A DNA stretch of 33,331 bases from an uncultured virus (IMG/VR IMGVR_UViG_2061766007_000970) (lineage: Duplodnaviria > Heunggongvirae > Uroviricota > Caudoviricetes): IMG/VR virus record IMGVR_UViG_2061766007_000970; one strand, given 5' to 3'. Made by a program: the position numbers and the translations under genes. The notes beneath the pieces are model-generated. The model saw nothing but the letters and a program-made list of their open reading frames with translations. It had not been told where the DNA came from and searched no databases. How positions within the stretch are numbered: the first letter of the stretch is position 1; the number at the start of each line of letters is the position of its first letter. This document shows, one piece after another, positions 8,614 to 17,509 of this stretch.

Positions 8614-10173
8614 ATGTCTACCATCCCGTTCAGCGAAATCCCGGCGGACAACCTTGTTCCGATTTTTGCCGTGGAAATCAACAACGAACGTGCATCGAAA
8701 CCTGGCCCGATGCCGTGGAAAAACCTTTTGATCGGCCAGGCGGTCGGGGCTGTCACGGGATCTACGCCTGATGCCGAAAAGAAGTGGCGTCCGAATACCG
8801 ACAATACCGGCAAGCTCGTTCGCGTCATGGAAGGCGACCAGGCTGACTCCTTGTTTGGCAGGGGTTCGCAGATTGCCCTTATGGCGAAGAACTTCCTCAA
8901 GAACGCTCCCTACATGGAACTTTACTGTCTTGCTCTTGCCGATGAACCGGTCGAATCCGGACAGTCTGCAGACGCTGGCAAGGCGACTAAAACTCTCACG
9001 TTCGTGGGCACTGCTACTGAAAGCAGCTCTCTCTATCTCAATATTGCCGGTCAGGCGGTTACTGTTACCGTGATTGACACTGACACTGCCGCCACGATTG
9101 CTGGCAACGTGAAAGCCAAGATTGACTCCCTGGTCGACTTGCCCGTCGTCGCAACAGTGTCTTCCAGTGTTGTCACGCTTACAGCGAAAAACAAGGGTGC
9201 GGCCGGAAACGACATTGCAATTTTCCTGAATTTCAACGAAGGCGAAAAAACTCCCAACGGTGTTTCGATTACTGAATTTGCGAGCACGGATGTCGTGCAT
9301 CTTTCAGGCGGTTCGGGCGATACCGAATTCTCTGCAGAGAATGTCGGCAACCTTATCGAAGGAACCTGGTTCAATGCGATTGCCATCAACCAGGGCGACA
9401 ACACCACTACCGGCAACGTGGCCTACATCAAGGATAAACTTGATGAACGCTGGACGGCCATGAAGCAGCAGACCGGTGTTCTGTTCTACTGCGTCGGTGG
9501 CGACATGACGGCCGAAATCACTGCAGGCAATGCCCGAAACTCCCAGGTGCTCTGCTTGCCTGGTCTCCCGGATTCCCCGACTGCTCCGTGCAATATCGCA
9601 GCTGCCGTGATGGGTGCCTGTGCGGTGTCTGCTCTTAACGATCCTGCTCTGCCTCTCTCGAATGTCGCTGTGAAGGGCGTGGTTGCTCCCAAGCGCGCCA
9701 AACGCCTTGGAGTCACCAGCCGCAACGCTATCCTGAAGGCGGGTGTTGCAGCGCTGTTCGTCGGCGACGACGGCACGGTGTATCTGAACAGGACCGTGAC
9801 GACCTACAAGTACAAGGCAAACGGTGCAAGCGACATCAGTTACCGTCAGCTCGAAACGGTGTTCACCTTGTCTTTCCTTCGCTGGGACTGGAATAACTAC
9901 TTGTCTGGCAAGTATCCGCGTGCGAAGCTTGCTGCTGACGGTAATGAATTCGGTCCTGGCCAGGTCGTGATGACCCCGAAGAAGGGTATGTCCGAATTGC
10001 TCACCCGTTACCAGGACTGGATGAAGATGGGCCTCGTTCAGAACTTCGACTTGTTCAGGCAGAATGTCGTGGTTGAACTTGACCAGAACGATCCGAACGC
10101 GCTGCTGTTCCTCGCGCCTGCAAACCTGATCAAACAGTTCTTTATCAGCAAGACCCTCTTGCAGTTCGAATAA
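8614..10173 (+). CDS. Contractile tail sheath protein, Mu gpL-like
   Basis: 519 aa; IPFSEIP, FGRGSQIALM, LTAKNKG, NDPALPL, RTVTTY, YPRAKLAADG and VMTPK motifs. Confidence 0.95.
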   Translation: MSTIPFSEIPADNLVPIFAVEINNERASKPGPMPWKNLLIGQAVGAVTGSTPDAEKKWRPNTDNTGKLVRVMEGDQADSLFGRGSQIALMAKNFLKNAPYMELYCLALADEPVESGQSADAGKATKTLTFVGTATESSSLYLNIAGQAVTVTVIDTDTAATIAGNVKAKIDSLVDLPVVATVSSSVVTLTAKNKGAAGNDIAIFLNFNEGEKTPNGVSITEFASTDVVHLSGGSGDTEFSAENVGNLIEGTWFNAIAINQGDNTTTGNVAYIKDKLDERWTAMKQQTGVLFYCVGGDMTAEITAGNARNSQVLCLPGLPDSPTAPCNIAAAVMGACAVSALNDPALPLSNVAVKGVVAPKRAKRLGVTSRNAILKAGVAALFVGDDGTVYLNRTVTTYKYKANGASDISYRQLETVFTLSFLRWDWNNYLSGKYPRAKLAADGNEFGPGQVVMTPKKGMSELLTRYQDWMKMGLVQNFDLFRQNVVVELDQNDPNALLFLAPANLIKQFFISKTLLQFE

Positions 10174-10185
10174 GGAGGTTGTGAA

Positions 10186-10563
10186 ATGTCTCAATTCGAT
10201 GACGTTGGCGGCATCTATACGATGTATGTCGACAAGCTTGAATTTCTGCTCAAGGGCGACCCTGAGTTTGATATTGGCGGTACGAAGCGCACTGTTATTC
10301 GCGGTGCTGGAGACGGAAAGATTCACGGTTGTAAGGTCGAAAAGGTCAACAGCCGTATTTCCGGAACCACCACGAATACATCCGAACTCGATATCGAGGC
10401 CCTTCGCGAAACGAAGGACGCCACGATTACGCTGTATTGCCCGAATGGCAAGGTGGTCAGTTTCCCGCACTGCTCGTTCACTGGCGACCCAACCGTAAGC
10501 GGAGCCGAAGGCGAAGTTTCGTTCGAGTTCCAGGGCGACAAGGCGACCGAAATTATGTCTTGA
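10186..10563 (+). CDS. Tail tube protein, Mu gpM-like
   Basis: 125 aa after the sheath; AGGAGG SD; ATITLYCPNGK and EGEVSFEFQG motifs. Confidence 0.85.
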   Translation: MSQFDDVGGIYTMYVDKLEFLLKGDPEFDIGGTKRTVIRGAGDGKIHGCKVEKVNSRISGTTTNTSELDIEALRETKDATITLYCPNGKVVSFPHCSFTGDPTVSGAEGEVSFEFQGDKATEIMS

Positions 10564-10570
10564 TGATGTC

Positions 10571-10647
10571 TTAGCTCCTGGGCGTGGGGAGAAATCCCCG
10601 CGTCCTTGGGCTTCCGCATTTTTTTAACAAACAACAAAAGGAGCTAA
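10571..10647 (+). promoter_or_regulatory. Structured intercistronic leader: anti-SD, GAAA-tetraloop hairpin, SD
   Basis: TTAGCTCCT (10571-79) is the exact complement of AGGAGCTAA (10639-47). An 11-bp stem spans 10580-10605. Confidence 0.55.
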
Positions 10648-10648
10648 A

Positions 10649-10912
10649 ATGATTTACAAATTCAAGAAGCCGTTCAAGTTCGGCAATGAAACTATCGAAA
10701 CAGTTGAACTCAAGGAAGAGTTCAACACTGGTGACATGATTCGCATTACGAATGCGGAGGGAACTGGTGATAAAATGGGGGCTATGCTTGTTGCTGCGAC
10801 CGGATGGCCGTTGCCTAAAGTATCTCAGATTTCTATTCCAGATTCGCTTGCAATCAGCGAAATTGTTACGCCTTTTTTCGGGCTTGGCGAAGCGGAATCC
10901 TCGGAGACGTAG
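10649..10912 (+). CDS. Tail assembly chaperone (Mu gp41/P2 gpE-like)
   Basis: 87 aa between tube and TMP; YKFKKPFKFG...VEL pattern; ends near a slippery site. Confidence 0.85.
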   Translation: MIYKFKKPFKFGNETIETVELKEEFNTGDMIRITNAEGTGDKMGAMLVAATGWPLPKVSQISIPDSLAISEIVTPFFGLGEAESSET

Positions 10913-11031
10913 CAATGCTTGGATTAAAGTTCGGGATGCAGCCATCTGAAATATATAAGATGACGGCTTCCGAACTTTCTTTTTGGACTAAACATGCTAG
11001 AAAAGTTGTTGAAGCGGAGCTGAAACTTTAA
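10873..11031 (+). CDS. -1 frameshift extension of the tail chaperone (gpE+E'/gpGT-like)
   Basis: T TTT TTC heptamer at 10873-79. The -1 frame stays open to TAA at 11029-31 and reads ...GDVAMLGLKFGMQPSEIYKMTASELSFWTKHARK, a GpE'-like signature. Confidence 0.8.
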   Translation, partial: FFRAWRSGILGDVAMLGLKFGMQPSEIYKMTASELSFWTKHARKVVEAELKL

Positions 11032-11033
11032 GT

Positions 11034-12767
11034 ATGGCTAACAAGACTGGAATCGAAACAATTATTTCTGTAACTGATGGATTTTCAAAAGAATTTATTC
11101 TATTTGAAAAGCGTGTCCATCATATATTGCAGCCAATCAAAAAACTTGAATATTCTTTTAAACGCTTTGATCGTGTTAGCGGTTTCAAAGCGCTTCGCCA
11201 AAGTTTGTCTGATTTGAAGGATCATTCATCTTCTGTTTTCCATTCGATAACGAGTATTGGTACTGGCGTTGGTATTATTGCCGGCGCGACTGGGTTACTT
11301 GTTTCTAAAATTAATAAAGTTGCGTTGATGGGCGATAATTTGCTGAAAACGTCTAAACGCCTTGGAATGTCTGTTGAAAGTTTGCAAAAATTTGAATATG
11401 TGGCTGAATTGGCTGGTGTTCCTGTTGAAAAAATGCAAAAAAATATGCAACGACTTTCTTTGGCTGCAATGCGGGCCGCTGGAGGGGTGAAAAAAGAATC
11501 TGAAGCGTTTAAAGCTTTGCATATCAAAGCTAAAAATATTGACGGAACGGTCAAAACCTCGGAACAACTTCTTGTTGATTTGAGTTCAAAATTTGTTGGG
11601 ACGAGTTTAACTGCTACAGAAAAGCTTTATGCGGCGATCGAGATTTTTGGAAAAGAGGGTGGCCAAATGGTCAATCTTCTGAATCAAGGACCTGACGCTA
11701 TAAAAGCGCAGATGAAGCAGATTGAAAAATTCGGGATAATGACGGAGAAACAGGCCGAGGCTTCTGAGCAGTATAATGACTCGTTGACGGCTATGCATTG
11801 GGCTTTCCGTGGAATGGCTGTAGAAATCGGGACGCATGTTATCCCGGTAATGACTAAGGCTGTTGAAAAAATTACGGAGGTGTTTTCTAAAAATAAGGAA
11901 AAATATGTAAAGTCGTTCATGAAGATTGTTGAAAAACTGCCCGAGTTGGTTGATGTTTTTCTTGATCGGCTTCCAGGATTACTTCGTGGAATAGCTAAAT
12001 TTTTATCTGTGATGGAAAAGATTGTAGATTGGTTTGGTATTGTGAATACTTTAGGCGCTCTTGTAATCGGTTCTGTTTTTGTTCCTTTGGCGTCGGCGTT
12101 TGTGGCTTTAACAAAGATTGGAGCTGTTCTAGTTCGAGGCTTGTTTGTTGTTATTGTGCATATTGGAAAGATTCTTGTAGGCGCTGCTAAAAAGGCATTG
12201 GTGTTTCTGCCGAAGCTCAAACTGAGTTTTTTGGGTGTTGGTGGTGCGGCTAAAGGGGTTGTTCCTGTGTTGAAACGTTTTGGAATGGCACTCAAGGCTT
12301 CGTTTGGGCCTCTTGGATGGGGGTTATTGATTGTCGAGGAATTGTGGCCGCTCGTTAAAAAGATTGCTGCTCGATGGGATGAGATGAGCTTTACCAGTTT
12401 TGATGGTATCGTTAAATCGTTTGGAATTTTAAGGGATATTACGGTTGAATGGTTGGATTCTTTAGGGCCTGTTGGTGATATCATTAAAGGTATTGGGAAA
12501 TTCGGTAATAAAATTTTTGGCGGGAAGGTTGATTTTAGCGGTATTCCCGAAGATCCTATTGCAAAAGCGATGGCTGAAATTCCGCCTCCTGAGAGTGTCG
12601 AAAAATCTGAACTTTTCCAATCAGTTACTAGTACAAAGACAATTAACAAAAACACGAGCCAAATTATGGAAATTCGTATAAAAGACCCAAATAAGGTGGC
12701 TGAAGTTAGAAAAATAGGGTTCAGTGACCCTTCTATGTATGGGAATTCAATGATTCCTGCGTTTTAG
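11034..12767 (+). CDS. Tape measure protein, 577 aa
   Basis: Follows the chaperone; helical; SKRLGMSVESLQKFEY and IFGKEGGQMVNLLNQG motifs; hydrophobic central segments. Confidence 0.88.
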   Translation: MANKTGIETIISVTDGFSKEFILFEKRVHHILQPIKKLEYSFKRFDRVSGFKALRQSLSDLKDHSSSVFHSITSIGTGVGIIAGATGLLVSKINKVALMGDNLLKTSKRLGMSVESLQKFEYVAELAGVPVEKMQKNMQRLSLAAMRAAGGVKKESEAFKALHIKAKNIDGTVKTSEQLLVDLSSKFVGTSLTATEKLYAAIEIFGKEGGQMVNLLNQGPDAIKAQMKQIEKFGIMTEKQAEASEQYNDSLTAMHWAFRGMAVEIGTHVIPVMTKAVEKITEVFSKNKEKYVKSFMKIVEKLPELVDVFLDRLPGLLRGIAKFLSVMEKIVDWFGIVNTLGALVIGSVFVPLASAFVALTKIGAVLVRGLFVVIVHIGKILVGAAKKALVFLPKLKLSFLGVGGAAKGVVPVLKRFGMALKASFGPLGWGLLIVEELWPLVKKIAARWDEMSFTSFDGIVKSFGILRDITVEWLDSLGPVGDIIKGIGKFGNKIFGGKVDFSGIPEDPIAKAMAEIPPPESVEKSELFQSVTSTKTINKNTSQIMEIRIKDPNKVAEVRKIGFSDPSMYGNSMIPAF

Positions 12768-12779
12768 TCGATAAAATGC

Positions 12780-12808
12780 TTGCTTTTTCGTTGCAAAAAG
12801 GGTATTTT
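12780..12808 (+). promoter_or_regulatory. Sigma70-type promoter for a small membrane-protein gene (leaderless)
   Basis: TTGCTT-N17-TATTTT, then 6 nt, then ATG at 12815; no SD. Confidence 0.6.
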
Positions 12809-12814
12809 ATAGAT

Positions 12815-12994
12815 ATGAAAATCCTTTTGGCATTATTTGCGTTGGCTGTGATTATTATGGCGTCGTTGTGCGCGTATGTATTTTTAGATACGTTCATGGT
12901 CGCTGTAGTTTTTTTGCCATTGGGCTTGGCGTTGTCTGCTCAGGCCGTGTCGACGCTGCTCTTTCTTGGAATTTTTCATTATAAAGACTGCTAA
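12815..12994 (+). CDS. Small highly hydrophobic 2-TM protein (moron-like), 59 aa
   Basis: MKILLALFALAVIIMASLCAYVFLDTFMVAVVFLPLGLALSAQAVSTLLFLGIFHYKDC; inserted between TMP and the gpN-like gene. Confidence 0.65.
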   Translation: MKILLALFALAVIIMASLCAYVFLDTFMVAVVFLPLGLALSAQAVSTLLFLGIFHYKDC

Positions 12995-13001
12995 AATTTC
13001 C

Positions 13002-13043
13002 TGTTACCAAACATCCCTTTGTAATAGCCAAATATCGTATGTT
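13002..13043 (+). promoter_or_regulatory. Putative late promoter 2
   Basis: TGTTACCAAA at 13002 and TATGTT at 13038 (+36). Confidence 0.6.
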
Positions 13044-13073
13044 TAACTGGAATAGTTAGACAGGCGGTCCGCT

Positions 13074-14294
13074 TTGGCTTATATCGATACCCTCCAGAAA
13101 GTGACCATACCGGTGCGCGGAGAGCCCGTTGAATGTATTGCGGGTTCCTTCAAGGGCGTGCCGTTTTTCTTCGAATCGACCGAGTTTTCGGGCGGCGGGC
13201 GCAACGTCCAGACCAACAGCATCCCGTTTTCGAACGACCACGTGAATGAGGATACGGGCATCAATGTCCCGAAGTATTCGTTCAACATCTACTTTGTCGG
13301 CGAGGACGCCGAAAACCAGAAAAACGATTTCCTGCGTGTATGCAACGAAGATGGCCCTGGCGAGTTGGTTCACCCGTATTTCGGGGTTTTCAAGGCTCGT
13401 TCCAGCGGTCCGATTAATCTTTCTTACGGCGACTACCAGGAATACATTACCGGCTCCGTAACATTCGTTCCGGAAAATGACTTCGAGCTGAATAATTCCG
13501 TTGTATCTCTTTCCGGATTGGTAAAGAAAAAAGCCGTTGCATTGAGAAATACGTCTCTAGACAAGGCTTCGAAAAACCTGAAAACGGCGAATAAGGGCAA
13601 ATCAGTCCTATCTAAGGTTGTCGAGATGTCGTACAAGGCTGTCGACGCCGTGTATTCTTCCCGTAAGGCGATCCAAAAGGCGTCCGAATTTGTCAAGCAA
13701 GTGGGTCGTATCAAGTCTAACCTTCAAACGATTTTGCTGGCTCCTGCGGATTTTGCCGCTCGGTTGCAGAATTTGATCACGATGGCGGGCGAAATCCTTG
13801 GTATTGATGTTGACCCGAAGGACAATGTTACCAATGGGATTGCATTGATGGCTTTTGCTTTGTCTGACGGTGTTTTTGACATGTATTCGTTGGCGAATCG
13901 TGCCGCACTGACGTCTCTTGTGAGAATGACGGGCGCGTCGATGGTGGCCGAAAACCTTGTCGATTGCGAATTTTCAAATTCTGGCGAAGCGGAGCGCTTC
14001 CAGGATGATGTCGCCTCTGCTTTCGACCAGATGCTGTCTGACACGGATGATCCTGATTTATACCAACAGGCTCAGGCCCTGGAATCAGCATCTTTGAAAT
14101 ACTTGCGAGACCAGCTGAGCCGTATTCCTTACGAGGTCGAGGTATCGCTTCCGGAAACGAATAATCTGCTATCACTGGTTTACGGTGTATATGGGAACCT
14201 GGACGAATTTGACTCTGTACTCGAAAGAAACGGTTATAGGGATCCGTTGTTCGTCAAGCCGTCCGATAAACTTTTGGTGCTTTGCAATGATTAA
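13074..14294 (+). CDS. DNA circularization protein, Mu gpN-like
   Basis: GSFKGVPFF, GGRNV, EDTG and GPGELVHPYFG motifs; C-terminal LSLVYGVYG...RNG..DPLFV; TTG start. Confidence 0.92.
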   Translation: MAYIDTLQKVTIPVRGEPVECIAGSFKGVPFFFESTEFSGGGRNVQTNSIPFSNDHVNEDTGINVPKYSFNIYFVGEDAENQKNDFLRVCNEDGPGELVHPYFGVFKARSSGPINLSYGDYQEYITGSVTFVPENDFELNNSVVSLSGLVKKKAVALRNTSLDKASKNLKTANKGKSVLSKVVEMSYKAVDAVYSSRKAIQKASEFVKQVGRIKSNLQTILLAPADFAARLQNLITMAGEILGIDVDPKDNVTNGIALMAFALSDGVFDMYSLANRAALTSLVRMTGASMVAENLVDCEFSNSGEAERFQDDVASAFDQMLSDTDDPDLYQQAQALESASLKYLRDQLSRIPYEVEVSLPETNNLLSLVYGVYGNLDEFDSVLERNGYRDPLFVKPSDKLLVLCND

Positions 14295-15354
14295 GGTGAT
14301 CAAAGATGGCGTCGAGGTCAAGGGATGGAAGTCTGTTAGTGTCAGGCTGTCTCTTGCGACGGTTTGTGACGGCTTTAATTTGTCGCAGTTTGTTGCCGAC
14401 GATTTTAGTTCTCCGGTTCTTTTTCCAGGTGATGCCGTCCGTATTGAAGTTGACGATGAGCTGCTGGTTGATGGATATGTCAACTCGATGCAGTCTTCGT
14501 TCTCTTCGAGCGATCATTCTATCGATGTCAGCGGCCGTGAAAAGACCTGCGACCTGGTGGATTGTTCTATTGAAGAATTTGGAAAGTCCTGGAAAAATAA
14601 GACGGTGTCGCAAATTGTAGGGGAGGTTTGTCAAGACTTTGGGCTCGTGTTTACCGCCAATGGCTTGCCGGATAATGGTAAAATCGCAAAGTTTGTGCCT
14701 GATCCAGGATGTACGGGTTTTGATGTCATTCAGGATGTCTGCCATCAAAAGTGCGTTGTGTGTACCTCTGACGGCGATGGCACGGTTCGTTTTATCAACG
14801 AAAGTAAGTTCGAGTATGCCGAAGATTTTTTGCGGCAGGGCGTTAATGTCGTTTCGGCATCTGTGTCTTACGACAATTCTGAACGTTTTTCCGATTGTAT
14901 TGTTCTTTGTTCGAGCGATCCTAAAACAAAAAGAAAGGGCAAATCGAGCGATGGTGAAATCAAGCGCAAACGGTGCCTTGTCCTTGTAGACGAAGGCTAC
15001 GGGACTGTAGAAACGGCCGGAAAACGGGCGTCTTTTGAGGTTCTGTCCCGTTCCGCGAAGTCTACGACGCTGTCTGTTACATTGAGCGGGTGGAAGCGGA
15101 ATAACGGCAAGCTTTGGCGGCCAGGCCTTTTGGTGGATTGCCTGATTCCTGCATTTTTCGGTGATTTCGTCGAGACTTTGCTTTTGAATTCGGTCGAATT
15201 GTCTTATGATTCTTCCGGGTCCGTGGCTGTTCTTGAACTTGTCCGTAAGGATTATTATACCCAACCGCCTGAGCACAAAGGCAAGGTCAAGTCGAAGGCT
15301 GACCCGTGGGCCAGCATCCGGGCGAAGACCAAGGCTTCGGAGGCGAAAAAGTGA
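14287..15354 (+). CDS. Baseplate hub protein, Mu gpP/gp44-like
   Basis: GWKSVSV, SGREKTCDLVDCS, ERFSD and LWRPGLLV motifs; start at the ATG at 14287. Confidence 0.92.
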   Translation: MIKVIKDGVEVKGWKSVSVRLSLATVCDGFNLSQFVADDFSSPVLFPGDAVRIEVDDELLVDGYVNSMQSSFSSSDHSIDVSGREKTCDLVDCSIEEFGKSWKNKTVSQIVGEVCQDFGLVFTANGLPDNGKIAKFVPDPGCTGFDVIQDVCHQKCVVCTSDGDGTVRFINESKFEYAEDFLRQGVNVVSASVSYDNSERFSDCIVLCSSDPKTKRKGKSSDGEIKRKRCLVLVDEGYGTVETAGKRASFEVLSRSAKSTTLSVTLSGWKRNNGKLWRPGLLVDCLIPAFFGDFVETLLLNSVELSYDSSGSVAVLELVRKDYYTQPPEHKGKVKSKADPWASIRAKTKASEAKK

Positions 15355-15896
15355 ATTTTGACCGTTTGCTTTCCCCGATAAAGTCGAGGCTCAGGTTGAT
15401 GATTGCCAGGGCCGTTGTCGTCGCCTGCAAAGATAAACATGTGAAAATCGACTTGCTTGCCGGTGAATCCCGTGAAGATGTCGATTTTTTCCAGCAATAC
15501 GGTTTTTCGAGTCGTCCGAAGGGTTCTGTCGGTGCTGTTGCTCTTTTTGTCGGCGGATCTCGTGATAACGGCGTTGTCGTGGCGAGCCGTGGCGAAGACG
15601 ACGATATGGGAATATCCCTTGAGCCTGGCGAAGTGGCTATGCATTCTTCGTTTGGTTCGAGCATTATCTTGAAAAAAGATGGTTCTGTCATGATTAAAAC
15701 TAATACCGGGAAACCGTTGCGCGTCGAAGGGGACGTCCATGTTGTCGGTAAAGTGCTGTCGACGGACGAAATTGCGGCGAAGTGTACGGATGTTCCGCAA
15801 GTGGGCCTTATGGATACGCCTCCGGCCGTTCATTTGAGTTCTCATTCGCACAATTCCGCAGTCGGTCCTACGAGCCCCCCTTCTCCTGGATCGTAA
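15351..15896 (+). CDS. Baseplate central spike, Mu gp45-like
   Basis: QQYGFSSRP, VGGSRDNGVV and LEPGEVA motifs; C-terminal HSH metal-binding motif; GTGA coupling. Confidence 0.92.
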   Translation: MNFDRLLSPIKSRLRLMIARAVVVACKDKHVKIDLLAGESREDVDFFQQYGFSSRPKGSVGAVALFVGGSRDNGVVVASRGEDDDMGISLEPGEVAMHSSFGSSIILKKDGSVMIKTNTGKPLRVEGDVHVVGKVLSTDEIAAKCTDVPQVGLMDTPPAVHLSSHSHNSAVGPTSPPSPGS

Positions 15897-15904
15897 AAAA
15901 AAGG

Positions 15905-15946
15905 TGTTACCGAAACGGCGTATACATGGCGTTTTTTATGTAATAT
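15905..15946 (+). promoter_or_regulatory. Putative late promoter 3
   Basis: TGTTACCGAA at 15905 and TAATAT at 15941 (+36); ATG at 15955 without SD. Confidence 0.6.
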
Positions 15947-15954
15947 ATCCTTGT

Positions 15955-16389
15955 ATGAGCGATTTGCGTTTAGTCCCTCGTGGGGACGGAACCTACGACC
16001 TGTCTTTTGAGAATGGCGACTTGCAGATGGGCAAGTCGTTGGAAAATTCTGTATTGATTTCTTTAGGATCTGACGCCCGCGTCGCTGAAAAATCTTTCCG
16101 GAATGAACTTCAGGATGACGGCTGGTGGGGTGAACCGACGTTTGAAGGCGACCGATGGGGTAGTCTGCTTCATACGATCTTTAAAAAGAAAGATAATCCA
16201 AATATGATTCTTCTGGCGAAACAATATGCAGAAGATTCTTTGAGGTGGCTTGTCGATGATGGGGTTGCGAAATCTGTGCGCGTTGATGCTGCTAGTACGA
16301 ACAATGCGTTGACTATGGAAATCGCAATAACCAAGGGCGGCGAAGAAAAAAAGTATAGATATGAATTTTTGTGGAGCGAGGTTGCCTGA
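15955..16389 (+). CDS. Baseplate protein, Mu gp46-like
   Basis: VLISLGSDAR, GWWG, WGSLL and YAEDSLRWLVDDGVA motifs. Confidence 0.92.
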   Translation: MSDLRLVPRGDGTYDLSFENGDLQMGKSLENSVLISLGSDARVAEKSFRNELQDDGWWGEPTFEGDRWGSLLHTIFKKKDNPNMILLAKQYAEDSLRWLVDDGVAKSVRVDAASTNNALTMEIAITKGGEEKKYRYEFLWSEVA

Positions 16390-17507
16390 TGGCTTTTGAA
16401 ACACCGACATTGAATGATTTTGTCCGTATAAGCGAAAACGGCTTGTCTACGGCGTTTTACGGCGAGTCGTCGGTCTTGCGCAAGAGCGTGCTGAAGGTGC
16501 TTGCCAGGGTTTTTGCCGGTGTTGCTTTTCTGGTGGTTCTTCTTCTCAAGAAAATGTGGAAGAATGTGTTTCTCACGACGTGTGATGTTGAAACGTTGAA
16601 AGACTTTGGAGTCGATTTTGATTTGCCCAACAAACCGGAAAGCTTTTCTAAAGGTCGGGTTATTGTCAAGGCGTCTTCGGCTTCGACCGTGCTTTCTCAG
16701 GGGACGGTGCTTATTACCAATGACGATGTCGAATTCGAAGTTGTTGCCGATACGACTATCGCCGAGGGATCTGATGGAACGCCCGTTGGCGTTATTGCTC
16801 TTGCGTCTGGCGCTAATGGTAATTGTTCGGCTGGTACAGAGCTTTCTTTTCGGGATGGAGTTCCTGAAGGTCTTGGCGAAGAAATCGTAGTTGATTCTGA
16901 AGGTCTTGATGGCGGTTTTGTCGTCGATGTGACTGTCAATGGCAATGCCGAAAAGTGGGGCGAGACCGTTGAAGAATATAGAACTCGACTTTTGAACTAT
17001 CGAAGAAATCAACCGCATGGCGGGTGTGATGCCGATTATAAGACGTGGGCGGAACGTTTTTCGAGCGTGTCGAGATGTATCCCTGAAGAAAACTATCCTA
17101 CGTCTGGAGCCGTGACGTGTGTGTTGGCAAATTATCATGGTGATGATATAACGCTTAATTCGACCAATGTTGCTGAAGTTGAGGCGTATATCAAGTCTGA
17201 AGTACGAAGGCCGATAACGGCAAACGTTGCGGTTGTTTCGTGTTCCGCGAAGCCTATCAATTTGTCGATTTATCTTTCGAGCAATACGCCGGAAGTTCGC
17301 CAGTCTGTTATGGATGCGCTCAACATGGCGTTCCGGTCGTATGTGCCTGGAGATGTGATCAGTGCGTCTGATTTAACGGTGGCGATTAAAGTTTCCGCGA
17401 CGAACGTTGACTATGTGAACGTTACGTCCGTGAATGGATCCGATTCGGTGAGATTGTCGAAACCTAACCATGAACTGCCGGTTGTTGGCGATGTAGGGTG
17501 GACTTGA
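16389..17507 (+). CDS. Baseplate wedge protein, J/Mu gp47-like
   Basis: MAFETPTL, GANGN, ETVEEYRTRLL, PHGG...DYKTWA and RPITA motifs. Confidence 0.93.
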   Translation: MAFETPTLNDFVRISENGLSTAFYGESSVLRKSVLKVLARVFAGVAFLVVLLLKKMWKNVFLTTCDVETLKDFGVDFDLPNKPESFSKGRVIVKASSASTVLSQGTVLITNDDVEFEVVADTTIAEGSDGTPVGVIALASGANGNCSAGTELSFRDGVPEGLGEEIVVDSEGLDGGFVVDVTVNGNAEKWGETVEEYRTRLLNYRRNQPHGGCDADYKTWAERFSSVSRCIPEENYPTSGAVTCVLANYHGDDITLNSTNVAEVEAYIKSEVRRPITANVAVVSCSAKPINLSIYLSSNTPEVRQSVMDALNMAFRSYVPGDVISASDLTVAIKVSATNVDYVNVTSVNGSDSVRLSKPNHELPVVGDVGWT

Positions 17508-17509
17508 TT

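Noticed and set aside
236..10470. Long minus-strand ORFs (236-1372, 4976-6457, 6304-7875, 8344-9300, 9304-10470)
   Set aside because: They are antisense shadows of well-supported, codon-biased structural genes and show no recognisable motifs.
9063..13835. Extra TGTTACC matches at 9063 and 13826
   Set aside because: Both are intragenic. The first lacks RAA and the second lacks a TAnnnT box at +36.
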